Source: the human T2T-CHM13v2.0 reference genome, Homo sapiens. From it: a stretch of DNA of 64,000 nucleotides. A program made the translations under genes and the position numbers. The stretch lies in assembly GCF_009914755.1 (NCBI RefSeq), contig NC_060930.1; one strand, written 5' to 3'. Position 1 is the first letter of the stretch. Each line of letters starts with the position of its first letter. Under the pieces are notes generated by a model that was not told where the DNA came from, did not search any database, and was given only the letters and a program-made list of their open reading frames with translations. This document shows positions 53,570 to 64,000 of the stretch, in pieces.

Positions 53570-53966
53570 TAAGTTAACCTTTATGGTCTTAAAGCTTGAA
53601 CCTTATATTTGTTTTATCTGAGTTCCTTCCTCAGGAAATGACCTTCAGGCCTCTCAGAAAAGTATCAAAAAACTGAAACTCACCAGTTTGCCACATACAG
53701 ACAATGAGATGCTCAACCCCTTATTCATCATGATTGCTTCCTTGCCCTTCCCTAGTGCCTGTTTTCTTACACATTGTTACATTTCTTCCCTGCTATATAA
53801 ACCCCTAGTTTTAGTTGGTTAGGGAGATGGATTTGAGACTGGGCTCCTTTCTCCTTGACTGCAGCACCAGATTAAAGCCTTCTTCCTTGACAGTACCCAT
53901 CTTCTCAGTCACTGGCTTTCTGTGCTGTGAGCAGCAGGACCTAGACTGCCTGGTGTTTCAGCAACA
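53570..53966 (+). mobile_element. LOR1 (ERV1) solo LTR, 5'-truncated
   Basis: 'ttatctgagttccttcctcaggaaa...ctgaaactcaccag...ctgctatataaacccctag...attaaagccttcttcc...tggtgtttcagcaaca'; TATA-like and ATTAAA motifs retained. Confidence 0.8.
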
Positions 53967-55645
53967 CAATAAGGATAAGTGTGCGCATTATCTTTGAAAA
54001 TGTATGATATCTTAAGGTGGCAAATTTGTATTTCTAATATTTGCATAAAATGTATGTATATATTTATATAACACATACATATTTGTATGATAGAGAACAA
54101 TCTTATAGGATTTTAGACGGATGAGATTTGGATAGCAGACAGAAGGGAGGAGAAGGCATTCCTGATAGAGAAAAAAATTAAAGGAATAGTGGAAGGAATT
54201 AAGTAATGTTTCTAACCACAGGGAGGAGACCAGTGAACATTTCAAAAGTTGATTGAAAAGTGATTTTGACATATTTCATAAAGGGTAAAAAAGAAGGGCA
54301 AAAAAGATCAAACAAAGATTTCTAGCTTTGGTTATTAGTGCCCATTAGAGAAAGAGAGGTGTTGACTCTAAAGTAAAGATGGTGATTTTGCATTTAAAAC
54401 CATGGAATAACCATTACACTTTATAATTTAAAGAGATGAACTTTATTATATGTGAATTATGTCACAATAAAGTTTCATTAAAATAATAACAATGAGCTTA
54501 ATCATGTAGTGCTTTTAAAAACTTTAACATTAAAATATTTACCTGAAATTATATATTAATGTGAAGGCTAGCTCTACCTGAATATACCTAATGTGAACTC
54601 CCTGGAGTGTAGTCCCTTTTCCACATCTAATCTCTACACATTAGAGAAAAGGCATGGGCTATTGAAAACCTTAAATTATACAAAAAAATTTAAATAATGC
54701 AAAAATCTGTTTATATTTATGAAACAATTGCTACTGATTTTAATTTCTAATATTTTATAGTAAAGTGAAAGCATTATGAATTTGAAATACTTCTGGTTTA
54801 TATAAGATCTTCAAATTTTCAAATTAACAGTAAACTAGTTATAAAAATCCTGAACAATATAAATATTTTATCTGTTTTTAAAACCAGTAGGAATCTGGTA
54901 GGTCAATATGCACTTTTATTATTTCAAATTTTTACTTAAGAACTTTAACTGTCCCTCTTTGTCAAGGACAGAGTATTGTAAGTTTACCAATATATGAACA
55001 ATGAACAGATGTTATAGAAAATAGTACATCATTCCCAAATTAGTAAGTCAACAATTCTTGCCTCATGAAAAAGTCTTATTCTGAAGTGATTCTATTTCTC
55101 ATGATCATAATGACATTGATAGTTTATAATAACCAAAACAAGCCTATTGTGTTGTTCTTTTTATGTTTATTACAGAAGACCTATAGGTTTTTATTTTTTG
55201 CTATTGTTAATTTGTTTCATTATCTATGATATAAAAATAAGGAGGAGCTATGAGACTGCAATAATTGCGTTTAGTCTATAGTTTGCTTTGTTGCCAGACT
55301 TTATATTTGGGATGTCAGGAGACACCATTCTTTGTTGCCTAGTCTTTACTGCCTCCATCTTTATTGGCCTAGTCAGTAACTAGTCTGGTATTTTGTTTAT
55401 TCATCTTAGTGTTGAAGTCCTCCTTGGACATGAAGACCTGCTCTAAATTGAAGCCAATTTGATAGGGAATTCTCATACTTTGTTTAACTCTTACAAAGTT
55501 GTTCTGAGAGGGTGGATGTTTTTGAGACATGGTTTTTTGTCCCACCATTTGCAATGGCAGATTCTACCTTCTAATGGGTTAGTCTACCTGTTAAGATACT
55601 GACTTCTGATACAACATGGATGAACCTCATAAACATATCCTATGT

Positions 55646-56521
55646 TGTATTAACTAGGGTTCTCCAGAAAAACGACAAAAAATAGAATATATACGAACAG
55701 ATAATTGAGAGAGGATTTATTAGGTGAAGTGGCTCACATGATTTTGGAGGCAGAGAAGTCCCATGATGTGCCATTTGCAAGCTGAAGAACCAAAGAAGAT
55801 GGTAGGGTGGTGGAGTCCACTTTTCAAGTCAACCAGGGGAGCTGATGGTGTGATTCTCAGTTTGAGACCAAAAGCTGGTGGGGAAGGGTAGTGGCTAGTG
55901 CGAGTCCCAGAGTCAAAAGGCCAGAGAACCTGAAGTTCTAATGTCCATGTGATATAGTTTGGCCATGTCCCCACCCAAATCTCATCTTGAGTTGTAACTC
56001 CCATAATTCCCACATGTCATGGGAGGAACCCAGTGGGAGGTAATTGAATCATGAAGGCAGGTGTTTCCCGTGCTGTTCTCGTGATAGTGAATAAGTCTCA
56101 CGAGATCTGATGGTTTTAAAAATGGGAGTTTCCCTGTATAGTCTCTCTCTCTCTCTTTGCCTGCCTCCATCCATGTAAGATGTGACTTGCTCCTCCTTGC
56201 CTTCTGCCATGATTGTGAGCCCTACCAAGCCATGTGGAACTGTAAGTCCATTATACCTTTTTCTTTTGTAAATTTTGTGTTTTAAAACCATCAGTCTTGG
56301 GTATGTCTTTATCAGCAGTGTGAAAACGAACTAACACACTATGATCAGGAGAAGATGCATGACTCAACCCTCAGCCTATTTGGTGAGGGTGAATCATTTT
56401 ACTCAATCCATTTATTTATTCTTCTGGAAACACTCTCACAGACATACACAGAAATGATGTTTACCAGCCATTTGGGTATCCCTTAATTCACTCAAGATGA
56501 CACCTAAAGCTAACCATCACA
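55646..56521 (-). mobile_element. MLT2B (ERVL) solo LTR split by THE1B
   Basis: 'tgtattaactagggttctccagaaa' ... 'gatgacacctaaagctaaccatcaca'; TSD tatgt/taagg. Confidence 0.85.
55950..56338 (+). mobile_element. THE1B solo LTR
   Basis: 'tgatatagtttggccatgtccccacccaaatctc' ... 'gtgtgaaaacgaactaacaca'; TSD ccatg/ctatg. Confidence 0.93.
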
Positions 56522-58559
56522 TAAGGAAAGAATCTTGTCACACAGACCACATAGTATATGATTTTGACACTTAATAGTCACATCTATAGAAACGGAAAGT
56601 AGATTGGTGCTTGCTTAGGGCTGTGACAATGGGGACAGAGGAAAGGATGATGGCTAAAAGATAAGGGATTTCTTGGTGAAGTGACAAAAATGATTTAAAG
56701 TTGTGATGATAGTTGCATATATCTGTGAATATATTAAAAACATAAAATTGCATATTTTAAATGGGTGAATTGTGTGGTATGTGAGTTATATCTCAATAAA
56801 GACATTTACAATTAAAATAAGTGAGAACAAGGAAACATGAAAAAAAGATTGATCTCTGTAGGAACGAAGTCTGAATTTGCCACATTACTGCATGGGATTC
56901 CTAGTTACCCCCTGAACCACTGTTTTCCCTTCTCCATACCCTTACACACAAACACACACCCCTTGAGCTAGCTGCCTGCATTGATTTCTCTGCTTTTCCT
57001 TATTTTGCTTGGTTCCAGTTTCCTTCCTTTCGTTCAGGTTCACTGCTCCTAGGACCGCAGTACCTCCAGTGGTTGTGTCCTCTGTGTATTTCTTTGCAAT
57101 GTCTGCACTCTTCTCACTGACCCTGTGAATTATTTAAGATGTAACACAACGTCTAGTCAAGTTTAAGGCTGTAGTAACTATTTTACTTAATGATAGAAGT
57201 CATGTTTTAGTTGGGCCTTGATGGGGTTACTTTGCCCATAGATATGGAGAAGGGTCTATACTCCAGCCAGCAAAAGTCACGATAAGGAAAGGCGTGCTGT
57301 ATAAAAAAAAAATAAAAAAAAGAAACAAACAAAAAAAACCAAGAACGTTGTTAAAGCAAAGTGTAGATGAGATGGATACTAGAAAAAGAGGCACAGCCGC
57401 AAGTGTGAGAGGTCTGGTATCTCATGCTGAGAGGAGTAGGGAGGTGGTTAACCTTAGACAGTGGAGAATTCCTGAATATCTGATAACTGAGTCAAATACA
57501 GGAGAAATGTTTGCCTGTGTATTATCACAGTGCCTCTTCATGGCATCAAATTCTATTCTGTGTTTGCACCATATGGTCACACAAAACTAATCTTCCCTTG
57601 AAATGATCATTTTATGTTTTAAAACCATCATTAATTTAATTTTTATTCAACACTAATGGTTATCATGAGTCACATTCATTATCATCATTATTATTATATA
57701 AGTTTTTGTGTTAAATGTATTAACTAGGCTTTTAAATTTCTAGCTAAATATTTTATCCCAGAACCTTAGGTTTCATGCTAGTTATTTTGTAGCCATGACT
57801 GAGCAACCTAAAAGCTTCAAAAGTTTTGGCACACAGGTTGCATAAATTAGAGATAAATAGATTCTTTAAAAATTAAAAAATAATGACAAACTATAAAGTA
57901 AAATTGCTAAGCAAAACTAATATAAAACTCTTAGGAATCATATTGATCACATTGTCAGATTGGTTAATTTGCATATCATAGCCACATCAACAAGGTGTCT
58001 TTTAGTTATGGGCTCCCTGTAATGTTTTATCTGACACCATTTTAATAAGATTCTGTCAGGATCCAAAGAATCAGTTTTGTTCACTGCCACTCTATTTTCT
58101 TTCAACCTATTTAGGTAATTATTAATGTAGCTATGCTAATGATCATTTTTCTATTTACAAACAGTCTCTAGAACATTCTCAAGTGGAAATGATCACTATC
58201 TCCCCTTAAGTCCCAGATGTTTCTGTTGTCACACATTATACCTTTCATATCCTACTTTGTATCTAGTTATTGTGCACCTTATCTCTTCCACTACTGACAT
58301 GCTGCTTGAGGTCCAGAACCACATTGTTTTTCCATTCTCCATTGTGCCTATCAGAGCACCAGGAAAAAGTAGGCACTGAAGTGTCTTTAAACATGAATGA
58401 CAAAACAGTATCACTACATTTTCCTCATGATCCTGTTTTAAGCTCCCATCAGCCAAGCATTGAGAGTCCTTTAGAAGTTGTTACTATCCCCCATATTTTA
58501 ATGTGAATTATCAAATGCTATTTTGGAAAAAAACAATATCTTAACAGGATGAGGAGTAG

Positions 58560-58682
58560 ACATATATATATCCTCTGTATAAACATACCATATATATATT
58601 TATATATAGTATGTATTTATATATAATATATATTTGAATTTATATATATCCTTAAGAATATATATGTACTTAAATATTATTA
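58560..58682. repeat. (TA)-rich low-complexity tract
   Basis: interrupted (ta)n runs read directly. Confidence 0.8.
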
Positions 58683-59884
58683 GGGAGTAGTACAGATATG
58701 TTTTATACAATTTAGTTACTAATTCTCAAAAGTGAACTAAAAGAAAATTTTCAGAGAAAGACTGGAAATTCATATATTTCAAGCAAACAATTTAGGTTTG
58801 TCTGTTGTGACAAGAAGAATGTGTCTGTTTGTGCTGCTTTAAATTTATATTGATAACAGATGAGTTCCTTTAAGTTAAGGTCATGGGTCAAATTTATTAA
58901 TGTGCTCTTTCCCTAATCAAAATTATGTGTACATTTTGGTTGACAATTTGTGAACTATTTATTTTGACTTATTCAATGATTTGTTAATTCAACTGCTTTA
59001 AGCTTTTAAAACCCTCGGTTTCTATATAAAACTATGGCTCATGATCTTGGGATATATCCATGTGTTGTAATTGTTTTTAGTGCCTCGTTGTCAAGTGACA
59101 CAAAGAAGAATTTGATGGCAGGCTTTGGAATTCTTTTCTTGTAAGTTGATATGCAATGCATTCCAAAATAGAATATCTGATATGTCCATAATTGGTAATG
59201 AATTTAGGTTACAAAACATTATTGCTACATTTATATGTTAGCCAACAGAAGGAAGCAAATTCTATATCTCTCCAAGCTTCATCAAGATTTGATGGGTAAT
59301 TTGGTTGGCCCTAAGGGTTTCTTGGCTGGTGAACAACCTTGGCTAATGGGAAAAGATTCCTTTGAAATACTGTGGATTTTTTTCATAAATTAAATTAGTC
59401 GAAGACAATGAAGAATTGAGGATAGAGGATAAATCAGTGAAGAGATGGACCATTGCAAAGGAAGGAGAATCTTGCAGCATAACGACTTTGAGAAATAAGA
59501 AACTATAAACCTATGTATTTGAGGATTTGAGGGCTGAAATGAAAATTGAAAGGAAAGGATAGACCTCTATGAATGATTAATCAAAAAATGTAAAACTTAG
59601 CCAGAAGTAGTAAAGTTCAAAGTCATTATTGAAAGTAAGAATGTATAATTTTTTAAGTTAAAATCTATAGCAAAATATCATAGAACTTGGAAAATAATGT
59701 ATCATTTTGGTGCTGCTAAGAGGAGAACATTGAACTAGAGAAAAAAAATTTCAGAATTTAATTTTGATGAGTATGTTTCTGTCATTGTAATTTTGCTGAT
59801 TATTGTGGTTTGATATTTTTATGCAAAAAAATAGGAAAATCAGAGAAATTAGAACATTAATCCCAATAAAATGTTTAAAAAATA

Positions 59885-60426
59885 ATTTCTAAAATGGCTT
59901 CCCAATTTGAATGAAAGTAAAATTCAAAGTATTAACTGTGAATGAAAATCCCACCATGATCTGGCTTTGCTTCTTTACCAAGCTTTTTGCCCCGATCTCC
60001 TACACCCATCCCTTACTTCAGCTGCACTGGCCATCTCTGCTATTCCTAGGACATGTCAAGCACATTCCCATCTCAGGGCCTGGCTATGCTTTCCCACTGG
60101 AACACGTTTCTCCATAATTTTGGCATGGCCAGCTCCTTTATTGCCTTCAGATCTCTGCTCCAATGCCACTTTATTGATGCATCTTTCCTGACATCACTAA
60201 ATAAAATAACACTCTCCTTTCCATTTCTACCCCCTTTACCTTGTTTCATTTTTCTCATGGCATTCAATGCCCCTGACACATTATTTGCTCATGTATATAT
60301 TTATCTCCCACATGTAATGTAAGCTCCATGAGGGCATGAACTTTGATTCATCACTGTCTCCAGTACATGAAACAGCGCTTGGCATATAGCAGATCCTCAA
60401 TAAATATTTGTCAAATAAATGAATAA
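59885..60426 (+). mobile_element. L2a 3' end
   Basis: 'cactggccatctctgctattcct...ctcagggcc...taagctccatgagggca...tcctcaataaatatttgtcaaataaatgaat'. Confidence 0.85.
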
Positions 60427-60959
60427 TAAGTAGTAATATATACAACCTATTGTTTTAGAACTCCCTTAAAATAACATTCGTAAAGGAAGAAATGCTCCTG
60501 GTTAGTTGTGAGAACTCGTTGAAGGCAGGAGTAGAGCCATATTTGTCTGCTGATCTCTAGCATCCCGCACTTCTGGAAAAGAAACAGAATGAACCAGCAA
60601 TGGCAGACAGTTTAAAATGAACGATCAGTGAATAGTTGGAAGAAGCAGTGACACAGATAACCTGATAGAGCAAGCAGTCCTAGAATCTTCAGAGTTGTTG
60701 TACAAAGATAATCATATGCACACACATACACAATTGGTGCAAATCTTCCTCTCTGAAAAAAGAATTATTCATAGAGAGAGAGCACCTTCTTTCTCTGCTC
60801 ATTGTTGCACATCCAGTCTGAACATTTTAATAGGGACTTACAGAGTGGGTAGTGAGATGCAATACTTCTTAATTTACTAAGAATTATCTGTAGAGTAAAA
60901 TATGCATGTTCATTGATTTACAGCCATGACCTAAGTCTAATTTTTTTATAACTTTTAAT

Positions 60960-61190
60960 CTCGGGTGATTTTCACAGATTGTTTTACAGACACTAATCAC
61001 TATGAGATAACCACAAAAAAATGAATTTTTCTTCAAATAATGTTAGAAAAGGCTGGGTTAAGCAAAGTTAAGCAGGTTTCCATGACAAGAATTCTCAGGC
61101 TCCTTAAAATATACCTTGTGAATCAGAAAGAAACAGGCATCTAGATTGGCTCTATGCAGCTGTTGCTGACTGAATACCATGTGTTATCTT
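60960..61190. mobile_element. MER103C-like hAT remnant
   Basis: 'ggctgggttaagcaaagttaagcaggtttcc...ttctcagg...ttgtgaatc' matches recalled consensus motif. Confidence 0.45.
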
Positions 61191-61909
61191 TCAGTCTCTT
61201 TTTCCAGTGTTTATAACATTTGTAATTTAAAAAGTAGAATGTTCTCATTCTATAACCAGCACACAAAGTAGTTGAGCCAGCTCCAGGCAACCTTATCCTT
61301 TATTTCATTTGTTATTTATCTGTCTTAGGTAGAACTGGTTTAAAACTTTAAAAAATTTGTTGGAGAAGATTAGTACTGTAATGTAAACTTTTTTTAATTC
61401 AAGAAAATATTGTGCATCTTTATTGGTTCTGAGGAGACAAAACTCTGGGAGGAGAGTTTTAAAGTTCAGGGGACTTTGGATTGATTCTTCCAGGCCTGTC
61501 AACCAAGTATTAGTGGTCTTCCTGCTTTCTCCCTAGTTGCGTGACAATAGACAATGTAGAGAAGAGACCTGATGCCAGGGAGTGCTCCTTTTATACATAC
61601 TATGTGGGCAACCTTCACCAGACTGACTTGCCTAGTCTCCAACCTTACCCTTTATACACTCTTCCCCATTAAGAAGGTATGTGGTGTCTCTTTGGAGACT
61701 CACAAAGGGCTGATAATCTATCGAAATGCCACAGTTTGGGGACTGCATTTCTCTTCTTCCAGACCAGCATGAGGTAAAGATCTAGGCAATTGTATCTGCT
61801 CTGGAGACCCATATGTTTCCTCCAGTGACCCATTCCAACATCTTTATAGAAAGTACCAAATTCCTAGTGATAAATGGTAGATATGTTATTCTTCCCAATT
61901 TAAAAAAAC

Positions 61910-62490
61910 AAATAAACTATTTTTTGAACAGGTTTAGAGGTAAAGAAAAATTCCAATAGTTCAGATAGTTACCACGTACCCCACATCCAGTTTCCCTATT
62001 ACTAACTTCTTATCATCAGTATGGTACATTTATTCCAATTAATGAACCAATATTGATATATTATTTTTAAGTAATGCCCGTACTGGATTCAGATTTCCTT
62101 ACTTTTTACCTAAGATCCTTTTTCTGTTCCAGGATCCTATCCAGGATATCACATCACCTTAAGTCATCGTGTCTCCTTAGGCTCCTCCTGGCTGTGACAA
62201 TTTCTCAGGTGATCCTTGTTCTTGATGACCTTGAGAGCTCTGAGGAGTACCAGTTAGATAAATTGTAAGATGCCCTCCTATTGGGATGAGCTGAGGTTTT
62301 TCTCATGACTAGACTGGGGCAATGTGTTTTGGACAGAAAAACTATAAGAATACCATTCTTATCACATCATATTCAAGGTACTTACTGTCAAAATGACTTT
62401 TCACTGTTGATGCTGATCTTGATCACCTGGCTGAAGTAATGTTTGTCAAGTTTTTCCACTGAAATGTTACTCTTTTCCCCCCTTTTTATA
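61910..62490 (-). mobile_element. L1MC/L1MD 3' UTR
   Basis: 'atgaaccaatattgata...ttctgttccaggatcctatccaggatatcaca...cttgatcacctggctgaagta'. Confidence 0.85.
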
Positions 62491-62498
62491 AGGTATCA

Positions 62499-64000
62499 CA
62501 GGCAGCCTCATTGATTGTGCTTCACTTCATTGCAGTCTGTAGATGTTGCATTTATTATAAAGTAATGGCTTGTGTAAACCCTGCACCAAGCAAGTCTATC
62601 AGCTCTACTTTCCTGACAGTATGAGCTCACTTCATGTCTCTGGGTTACATTTTGGTCCTTCTCACAATATTTCAAATTTTCATTATTATTTTATCTGTTG
62701 TGGTGATCTGTGATCAGTGATTGTTAATTCACCCATCTTTGATATTATTATCATAATTGTTTTAGGGTACCATGACCCATGCACATATAAGATGATGAAC
62801 TTAATTGCTAAATGTTGGGAGTGTTCTGACTGCTTCAGTGACTGGCCATTTCCCCATCTCTCTCTGTTTCTTCAGGCCTCCCTATTCCCTGAGATGCAAT
62901 AATATTGAAATTAGTCCTATTAACAAAATTCCAGTGGCCTCTGAGTGAAAGGAAGAGTCACACGTCTTTCACTTTATTAAAAGCTGGAAATGATTAAGGT
63001 TAGTGAGAAGGCCATGTAGAAAGCCAAGACAGGCTGAAAGCTAGACCTCATGGGCCAAAAGTTAGCCAAGTGGTGAATGCAAAGAAAAAGTTTTTTGAAG
63101 GAAATTAAAAGTGCTACTCTAGTAAACACACAAATGATAAGAAAGCAAAACAGCCTTATTGCTGATATGGAGAAAGTTCAGGTGGTCTGGATAGAAGATC
63201 AAATCAGCCACAATACTCCCTTAAGCCAAAGCCTAAACCAGCATAAGACATTTCAAGTCTACGAAGGTTGAGAAAATTAAGGAAACTGCAGAAGAAAAGT
63301 TTGAAGCTAGCAGAGGTTGGTTCATGAGATTTAAGGAAAGAAGCAGTTTCCATAAAGGTGTAAGGTGAAAGAGCAAGTGCTGATGGAGAAACTTCAATAA
63401 GTTATCCAGAATATCTAGCTTAGATAATTGATAAAAGTGGCTACAGTAAACAGCATATTTTTAATCTAAACGAAACAGCTTTCTATTGGATAAAGATATC
63501 ATCTAGTACTTTCATGGCTAGGAGAAGTCAATGCCTGGTTTCAAATCTTCACAGGGCGGTCTGACTCCCTTGTTTGGAGCTAATGCAGCTGGTGACTTTT
63601 AAGTTGAAGTCAGTGCTCCTTTATCATTATGAAAATCCTAGGGCCATTAAGAATTATAGTACTTTACCTGTGCTCTATAAAGGGAAAAAAAGAAGCTTGG
63701 ATGACAGCACATCTGTTTATGCCATGGTTTCCTAAATATTGTAAACCACATAATTGTTTGGAAGAATTTGATGACTGGGGGAGAGGGGCTCAAAACTTCA
63801 ATGGAGGAAGTCACTACAGATGTGGGAGAAATAGCAAGGGAATTAGAATTAGAAGTTGGGCCTGAAGATGTGACTGAATTGCTGCAATCTCACCATCAAA
63901 CTTGAATGGATAAAGAGTTGCTTCTTATGGAGGAGCAAAGAAAATGGTTTCTTGAGATGGAACCTACCCATACTGAAGATGCTGTGAACATTGTTGAAAT
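62499..64000 (+). mobile_element. Tigger1 (TcMar-Tigger) DNA transposon, decayed, runs off window
   Basis: 5' end 'caggcagcctcattgattgtgcttcacttcattgc'; transposase remnants ([37 protein letters not shown]; AWMTAHLF..WF); internal deletion near 63750. Confidence 0.95.

Larger units (their letters stand above)
55600..56820 (+). mobile_element. L1MB/L1MC 3' end (55600-55645 and 56522-56820) split by MLT2
   Basis: 'acaacatggatgaacctcataaacat...' continues as 'gaaagaatc...agattggtgcttgcttaggg...gtgagttatatctcaataaa'. Confidence 0.8.

Noticed and set aside
56981-57140. Polypyrimidine tract and AG at 57036-57037 as an exon acceptor
   Set aside because: No convincing downstream donor or reading frame
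63077-63865. Transposase-like ORFs as a domesticated TIGD gene
   Set aside because: Fragmented by stops, frameshifts and an internal deletion; ordinary Tigger1 fossil

Overview
AT-rich, CpG-depleted primate (most likely human) non-coding DNA with no recognisable protein-coding exon and no CpG island. Every ORF in the track with recognisable similarity is a decayed transposon fragment (L1 ORF1/ORF2, Tigger1 transposase, Alu/THE1/MST read-through). Roughly half or more of the window is interspersed repeat: 5 Alus, many L1/L2/MIR pieces, MaLR/ERV LTRs (MLT1, MSTA, THE1B x2, a complete THE1C LTR-int-LTR with a perfect TSD, MSTC/D with internal region, MLT2, MER68, LOR1), Tigger1, and a full-length retroposed U4 snRNA pseudogene with a 14-bp TSD. 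The most notable structure is a nested retrotransposon composite at ~21.1-31.6 kb. A 5'-inverted (twin-primed) L1MA is split by a near full-length L1MA that appears to carry ~715 bp of foreign 3'-transduced DNA with its own AATAAA and T-tract, and an AluSc sits in the host's target-site duplication. Also notable: a templated insertion in a THE1B LTR matching (21/22) sequence 1.3 kb downstream, a perfect 41-bp tandem duplication, and a purine minisatellite inside an MST LTR. I see no evidence of a novel gene-encoded system. Repeat subfamily names come from recalled consensus sequences and boundaries of old repeats are approximate.
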